Assembly (NCBI GenBank): GCA_965637545.1
Contig: OZ281501.1
Span: 5,394,001 to 5,458,000, forward strand
Length of the DNA stretch: 64,000 nucleotides
Source of the DNA: Phallusia mammillata
Lineage: Eukaryota
Direction of reading: 5' to 3'
Position numbers and translations under genes: made by a program. Below the pieces are notes generated by a model that made no database searches, had not been told where the DNA came from, and was given only the letters and a program-made list of their open reading frames with translations. This document shows, piece by piece, positions 22,192-34,915 of this stretch (within the stretch, counting starts at the first letter, position 1; every line of letters starts with the position of its first letter).

Positions 22192-25100
22192 TGCAAGTAA
22201 ACAGGGAGGTCTACATCAAAGTATATATATACCGCTATTAGATTTATTGTACCTGATTTGGGATTAAAACTGACAAGCACAAGACAAAAACCTTACCTGT
22301 TGAATATGATTATATGTGTTGCATATTTCTCTTCATTTAAGTTAATGTTGGAAATAAGTTTCGTAGCCGAGACAGCCATTCCTAATCACGAAAACACTTT
22401 GCAGCGTTATGGTGGCTAAAGAAAAATCAGATGCCATACAAATGCAACTAAACCAGTCACATTCGCTTTATTATCGTTATATATTTTGTCTTCTTTATGA
22501 TCGGTATGTTCTTGCCTTGTTTTTATTTTATTCGCTTGGTGGCGTAATTGGTTTAGTAACAGCAAACCTAGATACCGACCATTGTCTACTTGTTGAATTG
22601 CAACGAGTGCTTATGAATTGTTACTTGCGTCACCAGTGGTTCCTGACTCGTTATCGTTTTGAATCTCTGGGATGGTGTGTCCTGTTTTTATTCGTTGACG
22701 ATGGTTCTCGGTCGTTTGGTAATTTTTGACAGTTGTTTGTATTGCATTTATGAGGATCTTAACTTTGAAATTATTTCGAAACTTTTTTAAGACGCCTGCT
22801 GTTTTAGGTCGGGTGATGCGCCAATTTGATGTTAAGAAAAATAGCCGGCTTAAAATCATTTTCTCAAACTGCTCTAGTACCACACAGAAGTATCAAAATT
22901 CCTACCTATTTAACCTGAACACCTTGTTGCCTTTTAATTTTTAGTTGTTTATAAAAAGCCTCTAGTTCGAACCAAATAAGTAACAATTGCGTAGCCTACA
23001 GATGTTGATTTCCAAAACATTGCATTTTAGGAAGGTCTTTAAAAGTGTTATCTATGTTCAGTGATTACACCACTTGCTTGCTAATGCTATGTGTTGTTGT
23101 TTTTCAGACCAGTCTAACAAATTTTTGTTTCGTGGTTCTATTTTCACCAAAGTTTAAGCTAGGCTTAGCCATTCGGCCTTTAGAATGTAGACTGAGCCTA
23201 TACAAAAACCGTCGTGTGTGACTAACCAGTTCCTGTGGCGCCCTACATTTTTGCTTTGGTTCTTCACGTGTACACGAAAGCTGAATGCACATAAGGTGTA
23301 CCCTCTTCGGCCCTTCCATAATGCTTCTCCTAATGACCTAAAAACATTTATGGCAGGGGTTAGTGACTTAGTGGAGTCTTCATGCTTATGGGACCAACGC
23401 CATCCACATATTTTTATTTTCTTGTTTTGATTTGAATGTTCTGAACGCGAACGAGTGCACATTTCAGCTTGTCGTGTATAATGGACGTTGTTTACTCTCC
23501 ACTTGGACTTGTTGCTGTTCACCACAACGTGAGCGAAAAGTTGCCGTTCAACACAACGTGAGCCTAAAGTATGAATCACTATTCTTCAAATATTTGCGTG
23601 CAGTAATTTTTTTGCTTACATTTCCACATTTGTTGAAGGATTGCAAAACTAGCATCTGTCGCTTTCTTGAAAACGGCAAATATGTTTTGCTCATTGGATT
23701 AAACGGCCACAAACAAAGAACGCTTTGTCATCGTAGGAAGTTTTGCGCGGCAAACTGTTTTTAACCCAATACAAGTATTTTAAATGAAAAACGTTCGATA
23801 GGGAGTTTTTTAACACCAGTTTTTCAAAAAATATGTTGCTATAAAACATGAATTATTACTTAGTTTGGTTTTATTGCTTTGATGAAAGCCGTTTGTTATG
23901 ATGACCAACATGCACATGCATAGGATTGGCACAAATACCTTGCAGCTGCAGGTATAAACCAATTACGTTTTTTCAAATAAAAACTGAAGATAGTGATAAA
24001 CCTTTATAGAAAAAAGAAATGTAAGTAGAGCAAAGTATGTGGATTTGGGCAAATATATCACTGACTTTCTTATATAATAGTAAGCAATGGTTGACACAGG
24101 CTCTATGCTTATGCCACTGACAACAATGCTCTCTTTTACACATTTAAGTAATAAATTTATTACTTTATAACTTAAATTACACATTTAAGTAATAAATGTG
24201 TTATGTTGTGCAACAACAAAACTTGCATATGTTGTTTTGATGTTAAAATTTACGTTATATGCCAAAAGGTTAAGTTGTGAAATTTGAAACCTATTATTTG
24301 CCCTGTATTTTATTGGCAATTGTTTAGATGGCTGTTTTTTTCTGACATTCCAAGTAAGTAAAAGTTTAGTTACAATTTTTGCCTCTTTTATAGTTTTCTT
24401 TTTATTTTGTTATCTTATGATAGCTGGTTGATTTCTGTACCAAAGCACTTGTTTTTTAAGGAATATAAGGTTATAAATACTCCATTTTCTAAACTTTTGT
24501 AGCATTTCTACTATTAACATAAACATTAAACAGATAAGTTATGATAGTTTTTACAGAAATCTCATCACTGTTATATGTTTAATTAATGGAAGGCATATCG
24601 ACAATACAATCCACAGCCAAACCTGTCTTTAAAATTTGCTTGAGCCTAATTGTTCAAGGGTTGATTTGCAACAGTAGTATGTCACATAATATAAACTGTA
24701 AATCCACTAAAATATTTAGACACAAAATGTTTCTTTTAAATTAGTTGATCTTATTTAGGACTCTTATTTAAACTTATGTTGATTATAATTAATACATCAA
24801 TTAATATTTATTTATTTTTGTTTACAGCGCCCCCGAATAAACATGATCATTTTCAGAAAAAAACAAATCAAAAGCAATGATTCTCCATTCTATGGCATTC
24901 TACAAAAGTTTGGAAGTGTTATGTGTTTAAACACAGATTTCTGGATTAAGTAAACTGATGTTCAATGATATTAGTTTGTTGACAACCTGTGCTACAAATG
25001 TTATACCTTCAATGTTGGGTATTGGAACACAAAGAGTATGAGGGAAAATTGGAAAATTATGCTGTGGTTATACAAACAACAACTCAAAAATGGTTTGATG

Positions 25101-25793
25101 GTTTTGCTTTCATTTTCAGCAGGTAATCAGGTAATAAAATGTTAACTTGATTTGTGGCTGATTTAAACTTGGCTTTGTAATGGTGAATGGCTAACATACA
25201 ATATGTTTTTTGTGTGTTAAAAGTAAAATTAAGAAAATATTAGTCCAGGAAACAAGTTTGCAAAAGACTTCAGTTTGAGAAAGAGACAGGTCATCAACGA
25301 GAAATGTACTTGGTATTGATATGTACTGTAGTGGTATACGTGTTATGAGTTGCATTTCTACAAAACTTAGTAAGAAGTGTACTGCAAGTTAATATTTTCC
25401 AAAAGATTAGACAATGATGGACAGCATACACCTTTATGAGGTTTGAATATAGGGGTAACTTGAATACCACTTGGAAAAAAGGAATCTTCAACAGTTACGT
25501 CAAAAAAAAAAACTGCTTGAGTTTTCAATCAGGTTACTGCAAACATGTGATTTACGGTTAACCGCCGCCGCGGTGTCACGTGTTTTGAGCTTGCTGTTTA
25601 GCTTTTCAGACATTACGTCATTTGTAAGTCCACCCACACAGTTTCGCTTGGTTGCTCAACAAACTTTAGGAGTTCCGTTGAGTTTGTGGCGAAAGCTGTT
25701 ATCCACATGACTACAACAAATATAAAGAAAAACGTACAAAAGAAAGTGGTGCATGTGTAAAAACGTGACAGTTACCACGTGGACATGACAACT

Positions 25794-28700
25794 TTACACC
25801 TTGGTAATCACAGTATTCATACTTGTCCAGTTGGAGGTCCGTGTTTTGTAATTTTTTGCCAACCAGGATATAAAGGCTCCAGCGATCAGTAGCAGTAAAA
25901 TAACTACTGGGATACTAAACCAAACCACTGGTGGATATTTTTGGGAACCTGTCTTTTTCTGCACTTCGACATGCATTAGGGTTCTTGCCTTCAACTGGTT
26001 GTCTTGTGGTAGGAAAGAGTAAGACACGGTTTGTGCACTATCAACTTGATGTGTGGCATTACACTTGTTGGCAATAGCTATCTCCAAGTCGGTAATTTCG
26101 GTGAGGTACTTGTTTGTGAAGTTAATAGGTGAGATGCATTTAACTTCCAACTCTGCGATCATTTCTTGTACGTGACTCTTATTGCTGTGAGTAGTTTGTA
26201 GAAATTCCTACACAAAAATATTTTAAGTGTTGATAGCAGGGATGGCACTACGGTACGATTTTTGACATTTGGTACGGTACGCTCTGCGTATCGAGGTACG
26301 GTCAATGCCATCCTTGGTTGATATTTAAAGAAGTTTGTAGGCTATCGCTCAGACCCATAAATTTTTCCCAGACAATTCAATTAAACCCAATACAGTAGCG
26401 CAACACAAACGAAAACCTCTATTTACATTTTGCTGTTTGGGGTTTAACCAAAATGCATACAGCGTTACTGACACTATTCAGCCCATTGACGTGAAACGAC
26501 CTGATAAAGCGAAGCGAAGTAGTGAAAATTGTGACTGTACAATACACATCCTAAATTCAACTTAGTTACCAAATAATCCAATGCGTTACAGTCACATTTC
26601 CATGGATTTTCTTGCATTCCAAATGCTATTGATTGGTTTGTGTCCACCTTGTAATTCAGCATTACATTGAAGAACCATTCCTTATGCGGGGTCACCAATC
26701 TATTTCCTCCCAAATGTAGGTTGCGAAGATTGCTGAAAATGTCATCATAATATTTTTAATTAAGATAGGCTACTGGGGTTTTACAAACTTAAGAGCAAAC
26801 AGGTATCGCTGTATCCTACTAAAGGCAAACATAACCAACATAAACTAAAAAACTTAGATGATGTTAATTGCTGGTTGACCTGATTTTTGCACTTTTTTCT
26901 ATCTTTAATTGCCATCTTACCGCAAAGTGGAAAAAAGCTTTGAATCCAACGAGTGCAGTCTGTTGTGTCGTAAGTCGATGTGCTCGAGCAATGGAGAGTG
27001 TTTAAAACTTCTTGCGTCGATCGTCAGAAGTTTGTTATCGTGAAGGGTCAATTTTCTGATAGAAAAGATAAACATTATCAGACCTGTGGTATTAATAAAT
27101 AAGTCATCATCGCTGTGGCAAAACTGTTTGGGTTTTCATTTCAAGGTTGTTGTTTTCTATGTAAGTTATGGCACAAGTTGGGATAATGTAGTTTATTTTG
27201 TCGCTACAAGGTTTTTTTAAGCTGTTGTTGTGCGGTTTAACAAGTAGGTCTATAGCCTACAGCGGTTCTTTGTATTTCACAACTTTCCAAATAGGCTACT
27301 TTAAATAACTTACTAGTTTTGAGTTGAAACATTTGTATGTAACACTTACTTTAAAGATTCCATTCCTTCAAACGAGTAATAGGCAATTCTTGAAATTCGG
27401 TTGTGGCCAAGTTCCAAAACCTTAAGCTGCTTAAGAACTTCATTTTTTGTGCGTGGCCATTCTCGCAGATGATTGTGTTTTAGAGAAAGAGTACGAAGTT
27501 TCGGAACACCGGCAAATAGTTTTGCTGTCAAATGCTTTATCAGGTTTCGGTCTAATATTAAAGTTTCCAATGCTGGTAGGTTTTGGAAAACGCTATGGTG
27601 GATTTCTGACAACTTGTTATGATTGAGTTCGATGACTTCGAGGTTTGGAAGACCTGTATACATGTAACTATCTGTTACTATTTCCTTTTTGAAACAACAA
27701 CTCAAAACATGTCCTTTGGCGACACGAGTAAACTCAAGCATACCTAATTACTTTAACATGGTTTAATGAAACTTGTTTTGAAATGTGCTGCATTGTAATT
27801 TGAACTACAGCTCAGCTTAGGGCCTACTCCTCCACACAAAGGGTTGTGTCGTGGGTTCAAATCTCACAAGTGTATAGTTTCTCTTTATGTATGACTTGCT
27901 TTTATTTGTATTGGACGTTTTTGCGTCAACCAACCTTTAAAAGAGTCTTGGTGAATATGAGTAATGTAGTTGTTGGAAAGGATTATTATCTCAAGTTTGG
28001 GGCAGGATTCAAATGCCGATGGTTCAGTTTTAGTTAAAAGGTTGTTCGATGCATCAAAAACGATAAGACATGTGTACTCCTCCAAAGCATCTAAAAAATA
28101 AGCAGCTGTTTTTACTCGACCCAGGCCCGCGCGCAGCAATCTTACAACGCAACACACACACCACACATTGCACATGATCACAAGACGACTGTGGTTTGTA
28201 AAAACACACTCCAAATATGTTCGATGCAAACACAGACTTATTCATTTTAAAAAGTTTAACCTTCCTAACAGTGTCTGTCGGTTGTGCCGCACAATTATCT
28301 CATGTGACTTTTGCAAAAGTTACCCGCTTTATAAACAAACGGGGTTTTACGGGTAAACACGTAAAAATCCAGTAGGTTGTTGTTGGTAGGTCATCCAACT
28401 TAAAACTAGTTTTTAAAGTCTCTTAAAAATGTAAAACCATTGTTGCTGTCATGGGACTCCCATAATACCTTTTCATTTCGGTTGATCGACATTGCCAAAT
28501 TTTATGGTATTTTCTGCTTGTTTGGTTTTCTGATACAAACAATCTATCATTATTACACTAAATGCAACTGGCAATTACCTTTGGTAATTGTGGTCAGACA
28601 GGATGAGTTGAAAAACAAGGACAGTGACCTTTCTGGTGGAGCGTAAGCTACAATGTCAGCAGGATTTGGAATCACTGTAAAGTCTGTCTCATCGCACCAT

Positions 28701-29627
28701 AAGTCCATGGTCCGGTAATCAAGGTAGCACCTGATCAACACAAAACCAAAAAGTGGTCAACAACTCTATTTGTTTCTGATGTTTACTAACCCTAAGTGGC
28801 ATTGAGTGTTTGCAAAATTTCGCTGACATGGTTGTAGCGCACTGTTAACACTCATTTGGGTTGTTTTTTGTACGTTGGCGGCCTAAATCTGCCCTGATGT
28901 TGGGTGCAAACAAAGTTCCGTAAATAGAACTCAGTAAAGGGCAAATAAGATGTAAATAATGTCCCACACCTACCTTGTACACATGTTTGAATTGCAATAC
29001 ATACCTTATATGGAAGAAGTTGTTTCAGATTCTATATATGGCGTGGATAAACACTATTGATATGATGGTAGCCGAACTGTGTGGGTGGGCTCATAATATT
29101 TGAATGTTTTTTTTAGAAGAAAGGACAAACACACTTTGAATGCCCCATTTGTCTTGCAAATATATGCATTAAAATATGGTGCAACCAACCAACCTAGATT
29201 TCCTATAATTTAAGTGTGCGCCTTGCTTATACGTAAGTTGACTTTAAACTGTGCAAAATCGTTTTATTTGTCACCCGATAGTGCGGAATATGCATGCACA
29301 AAACAGTAAATAAGATTGCAATTATAGAGAGGTTTAGCTAACAAAAAATTACACCAATGAAAGAATCTATAAAACCAATACTTTGTCATGAACGGGTTGC
29401 TAGTCGTACCTGGAACCATTTTTAGCTTTAGGACATGATGGTGATTTCATGGCCTCGGTGAAGATAAGAAAACTCAGTAGCAACACAAATGGTTGTATGG
29501 CAAACATGCTAAGTTTAAAAAATCTTACACCTAAAATGCAAAACCTGCTTTCAAAGTTGGCTTACAGCGACTCCTGGGACTCTTGGCAGTTTGTCGTCAC
29601 GCTGAATTGATTTGAAAAAGAAAAATT
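25794..29627 (-). CDS. LRR transmembrane protein, paralog B (one extra LRR; short tail ending VITKV); start codon unresolved
   Basis: Exons 28579-28730 (152), 27935-28090 (156), 27350-27653 (304), 26921-27055 (135), 26570-26732 (163) and 25794-26207. Candidate upstream exon 29566-29627 (..NCQESQESL, GTAAGC donor, phase 2). ENPWKCDC and TM VVWFSIPVVILLLLIAGAFISWLA. Confidence 0.85.
26237..26316. mobile_element. 80-bp hAT micro-MITE in intron 6 of gene B
   Basis: TIRs CAGGGATGGCA / TGCCATCCTTG; TSD GTTGATAG/GTTGATAT; internal GGTAC repeats. Confidence 0.75.
27806..27868 (+). repeat. Degenerate tRNA-like/SINE head
   Basis: A-box-like AGCTCAGCTTAG and B-box-like GTGGGTTCAAATCTCAC; no convincing cloverleaf. 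Confidence 0.35.
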
Positions 29628-31665
29628 CTACCGTTGGCAACCAAACCAAGCGAACTCTTTAGATAGCAAAGCAAGCCACTAGAATTGATTGCAATGTGAA
29701 TGATAAATAACAATTTAGATTTGATTTCTTTTTTAGCATCATCACTAGCATGACGAATGCCTAAAGCAACTAGCTGGAACAAAGCTACGTTAGCCTACAC
29801 TCAGCTCTACTTGTTGTAGCATTGCATTGAATAATACATGTTTAGTTTTATGCATATTGCACCTCCGAGCAACTAACATGCAAGACCCGTAGTTGCTAAT
29901 GCTAGTACATGTGTATTACGCAGACTGCATCTTCTGCAATGCTTTGCACACTTTCTGCCTGGAAAGTTGAATGCCGGTAAATGCATTCAACGCTCACTGA
30001 AAGGGTTCAAAGCTAAAAATTGAAATAAAGCACACGAAATAAATTTTGGTTGCACAATTTGCAGAAATATGGGTAAAACTTTAAAAGCTCGCACGAGACT
30101 GGCGTAAACAACAAGTGGTGCAATCTAGTTGTGTTTTAAAGCTTTGAACGCCTACGCCACCTTTTTGGGATTCCCCGAATACTTCCCCCGCCGGTGAAAA
30201 GCAATTTTGATCGGCGGAAAACAGCTGCCTTTCATCTACAGTCTTAACTGTTTGTTCGCACAAGGGTATATTTGGTTCTTATTGTTCGTATAGCTTCTTT
30301 GCAGAACTTTCCTCTAGTTACAAAGCAATTTAGCGCAGGCCTTAGTAAAATTGAACGATCTTCTACGTTATACGTTAAAAGCACAACTGTAAGCTAACTG
30401 TTTAAACAAGTAATAACGAGATAAATTTTCTAACAATTCAACATTTTTTAAAACTGTTTAAAATTGAAAGAATATAATTTGAGAATAGCTTAAATATAGT
30501 AGGGTGATAACTAACTAAGCACATCACATATTTTACGTCGCATTTGTTTGTATAATTCAAATAGTCAACAAGACAACAACGGTAATTTTGTGTAAGCATA
30601 TCTCTTTGTTTATTTGCAGCGTTGACCACAGTTTTTTTGGGGACATAGCAAAACGTCTCGCAACATAACAATTGAGAAGTTTTTGAACTGGAAAGTTTTC
30701 GTAACTGTCTGGACATCTTTCCCAAACAATCTTTTTCCTTTTTTTATGAAGTTTACTTTCTTACTGCAACTAAACACACTAAAAGCTTTTGATTTTGATC
30801 ACAACCGCCTTAGTTGTTCGCAATATGATAAACAAAAATGAACTCATCCAAGTGTTACTGATCCTGGTATTAAACTTCAAAAGATACCGAAAACGTGAAA
30901 GTCAGATACCGAAAGCCCATAATACCGGGGCTTCGTAGCAGACGGTGATCCGTAACGAAAAGCAAGTATCGTATACCCCTTCTTTTTGGGGTGTTTTCCA
31001 CATGTTTCTTTTTCTCGCGTTTGTTTAAGCAATCTTTGTACGTTATTAGAAGCCGGTAATTGTGATCTGACGTAATTAAAACGCATAGAATGATGTAATG
31101 GCTGTTGCAGTTTTGAACAACTCAGTTCCGCTGTTAAGTTCCGTCCACAAATAAGCGGACGTATAGGTAAAATTTTTTTACATCAAAGTACAATATCCGT
31201 TCTATAAATACACATATGTATAAATATGCAATACACATATAATTTGCTGGACGATGTTTGTTGAAATTTTTAAAGTGTAAGAATTTACTGTTCATCTACT
31301 AGCAGTTGTTTTACTCGCAGTGCATAAACGACCAGAGTTATATGACCTAAAAATAAACACTGATGATCCGTACCCAACAACAAACCACATTTACGGTCCA
31401 CGTCGGTTGTTTGACGTTGCGTAAGTGCTTCAGTACATTTAACGTTTTGCCAAACAACACTTCCATTGTTTGTAGTTTTGCTGAAACTTACCGCGTTTCG
31501 GTCCAGGCAAACGAGTGTCGTAAATAGAGCATGTTTTTTGTGCAGTGTCTATAGTTGCTTCACCGAAAAGCTGAATACGACTCCAAAAAACACCTTTTGG
31601 TACATGTCAATTCCGACTATTTTTGCCATTATCTTTACTTAGGTTAAATTGTTTAGTCCATATAC

Positions 31666-32463
31666 ATGTTTCGTTTTAAGTTTAGAAATAGCGTTACGAT
31701 ACAGGGAAGTAGATGTTCAACACGCGACAAAATCCCCAAAGATCAAAAAGTAAACATAGCACTATCTTTCTGGTGCTTTTTAAACTTTAGGGAACATACC
31801 CACAGTGACAGGGTGCAAATCCTGTCTAGCAAACCTACCCTATACTCTCGACGTAATGTCCTACTACATCCAGATAAGAAACTGTTTTTGCTTGCGATAA
31901 GACAACCTAAGGTTAACGTACCCCAGTTAAGCTGTGATGAGAGGTGTGTTATAAACAACCATCGTCAGCTGACAAAAATAGAATGTGCTTACATTTTGCA
32001 CTACAAAAACGTATTATGGCGGATTTTAAAATATACTCAACGTGTTCAAGCAAAAATAATCATGTTTAACTCTGCGTATATTTTTGTGTGTGTAAAACTG
32101 TATTTTTACGTATTACTCCATACAACCACATTGGCAGCGAATTGCACCACTGCTATCTCGGCACTGTATATTTTAATGACGGACGTCATACCACCAATCT
32201 TCGTCGATTTGCGTGTATCGTGTTGTGCTTTTCAGACTTTCCGGGACAACTTTTTTCTTCAAAGTAATCATTTTTTGCATCTATTTCAACAAAATGATAT
32301 CAATAAGAATGTTATCCGCAACGCCTCCATAAGAGTTCGGAATCGCTTATCCGCTGGGAATACCAACGGAGTCATCTTGTCTTGGGTTTGTGGTTTTGTC
32401 TGCTGGCGGTGGTTTTGTGTTTATCAGGATTATTGTCAAAGTTTTGTCTGGGACTTGTTTTAG
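31666..32463 (+). other. Unexplained 265-codon ORF (orphan gene or antisense shadow of a decayed exon)
   Basis: Uninterrupted ORF far longer than expected by chance in this AT-rich DNA; no recognisable motif. Confidence 0.3.
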
Positions 32464-32591
32464 TAATCCAAACAAGACATCTTGTCAATGATAAGACACG
32501 TTTGCGACTTACTTCATGACACCATTGCTTATTTGAATAACATTGTGTAAAAACAATTTCTCACTGATCGGTTTCTCACAATTTTACTTCC

Positions 32592-32697
32592 TTTTTTACG
32601 GGGTTCGAACCGAGGACGCTATCGGGGACGAATCTCGATCAATGTTTTTATGTCTGTATGTGAGTCAGGCGCCCTGGACCATTCGGTCGACATCGGT
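32592..32697 (-). repeat. tRNA-Leu-like short retroelement / tRNA pseudogene
   Basis: The minus strand GACCGAATGGTCCAGGGCGCCTGACTCACA resembles the 5' half of tRNA-Leu (GGCCGAGTGGTCTAAGGCGCCAGACTCAAG). An intron-like spacer, GGTTCGAACCC B-box and short A tract follow. The acceptor stem does not pair. Related to 62276-62365. Confidence 0.65.
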
Positions 32698-33641
32698 AAA
32701 AGTTTGTACCTGAGAGTAATCCACTTTAGATTACTCCAACTGGTGTTGGGAACCTGTATTTGCGACAAATCACCTCAAAACATATTTAAGATCATAGGCA
32801 TATGACCCATTGGGTAATTTGAATACAGTCTGAGAAATATGATGTCGCCACTGTTTCGCCTATAAAAGCGGATCACTTATCACGTGAAGTCGAGTTAAAG
32901 GTTTCAATCCGCTTAGTCACATTATTCCGAATCCGACTCAAATCTAATTGGTTTACCTTCAATGTAGACAAAAACAGTTTATTCTAGTTTCCTAAACGCT
33001 TTACAGCAGCATATACGTGAATTTCGTTACATGCATCGTAATATGCCAATGTCATAGTGGTGTTGTTTGGCACAGCAAGAATGAAATCAATGAAAGATAA
33101 CCTACTAAATCGACGTCAAAGGTGGTTGTAATTTCAAAGTGAAAGAAAATTGTATGTGGTAAAAAATTAACCCTTTAAAACGAAAGCAGAACGATGTTAC
33201 AAATTAACAACGTACGAAGAACCTTGCCATCCTGTATAAATAAAACCGACCAAGTTTTGAACAATACTTTATTTGGCAAAAAAACATTAAGTGCACCGAT
33301 TGAGTAGCTTGGCCCAAATTAGCAAAAGAGGAACCGGCGCTGTGGGGGTATTGGGGTTTTCCGTGGTGAGGGAACGGAATGTCGCAAACTCCCCCCTTTG
33401 TTTCACTGCCAAAACCGTAAACACAGGCAATTGTTCGTAGTGGCTTACCGTGTCGGTCTTTTTTGACTCAGTTGCTTTCCTTGACGCTCAGATAATGTAC
33501 GTTTATGCGTAACTTTGTAACTACAAAAGTTATAATTTGCAATAACGCTTGGCTGGCACATACGTTTTCCCACGAGAGACAAAGTTGAATGCACTAATTA
33601 TTAGTGACTAATACGTTTGTAATTATTGTCCAAGAAACTCA

Positions 33642-33951
33642 TAGGGGTCGGCAACCTTTAGAGTGGCGCGTGCCGGTTTACTTGTTATTTCCATGTGGCA
33701 ATGGCTTCGCGTGGTAATATTTTTGTGGGTAATATGTGGTTTGTGCCACGTGGTCTTAATAGTAAGCAGAAAGCAAAGTGCTTTGTGCATGCGGACTGGA
33801 TTTAAGACAGTGGCGTGATAAAAAAAACTGAAAACAAGCAGTGTAATAGGTTAAATTCGTACTTAAATATATACACAAATCGGTTGGCGTGCCATGAAAA
33901 ATCACCTCGCGAAACAACCTTGACACGCGTGTCAGGGTTGCCGACCCCCTG
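33642..33951. mobile_element. hAT MITE, family of 7636-7928, opposite orientation
   Basis: TIRs TAGGGGTCGGCAACC / GGTTGCCGACCCCCTG and shared internal sequence; TSD not preserved. Confidence 0.8.
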
Positions 33952-34326
33952 GTATATAGGATTTGCATACAAACTACCATTTTTTATCAGCACATTGCGA
34001 TTGTAAAATGTTCTATAGAAAACGTTTCAAACTGTGGCGAAAAGAACCACCGGTGGCGAAATTCAGGAACTACTACCGCACTCGCGAAATAACCATTATA
34101 AATTTATCACACCGTGTCATTTTGCAAGTTTTCTTTGTGACGGCAAAAATTCCATGGATTAAGGTTACCAACGCGAAACTAGTTTTGCTTGGGTAAGAAT
34201 GGATGACGTAACGGTTTCTGGAAGCAATACAATTTAGTTCCGCAACGAATTATTTTCGATCGTGGTAATTTGTTTACCTCATTATATATTTCAATAGTCT
34301 GTATCTTAATCGTCGTTCGTTTAGTT

Positions 34327-34915
34327 CAGGGGTCGCCAACCCGCGGCTCCGGAGCAGCATGCGGCTCTTTGATCCCTCTGATGCGGCTCAGTTTTTGAAT
34401 TTACCAAATGTTGTACATTTGAATAAAAATTATGTGACGATTAGGCCGAACACGAAAATTGAAGTGCAGTGACATGACTGTACTCGCTTGTCGTAGTTAC
34501 CTGCAAGCCCATCTCTATACCATCAAACGTGAAGTCTGAAGAGGCAACCTGGCGGCGCGCAAGTTAATACGCAATATGAGACAATACTGTTTTTGTTTGC
34601 AGTGTGTGTGCGCGCGTAACAATAGCTGTTTGTTAATTGTTACGTAACAAACGCGTTAACAAAGGAATACAAATCTGCAAAAACAGAATATGCAACGCTA
34701 CGTAAAGTTGTTTTCTCTGCTGACGAGACTAGTATACCAGTGTGTCTAATATGCAATGAAACACTAGCTAACAACAAAAAGTCGAAAGTCATAAGACTAA
34801 AAACGTTTCGCATTTCATTTTTCATTTTAAAACAACTTTGTGGCTCCCAGTATTTTGTTTACTACGTGAAACTGGTCCGAGTGGCTCTTTGAGTAGTAAA
34901 GGTTGGCGACTCATG
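34327..34915. mobile_element. hAT (Charlie-like) MITE
   Basis: TIRs CAGGGGTCGCCAACC / GGTTGGCGACTCATG; perfect TSD GTTTAGTT. Confidence 0.9.

Noticed and set aside
32592-32697. Functional tRNA gene
   Set aside because: The acceptor and T stems do not pair and the anticodon context is altered. Kept only as a tRNA-derived repeat.
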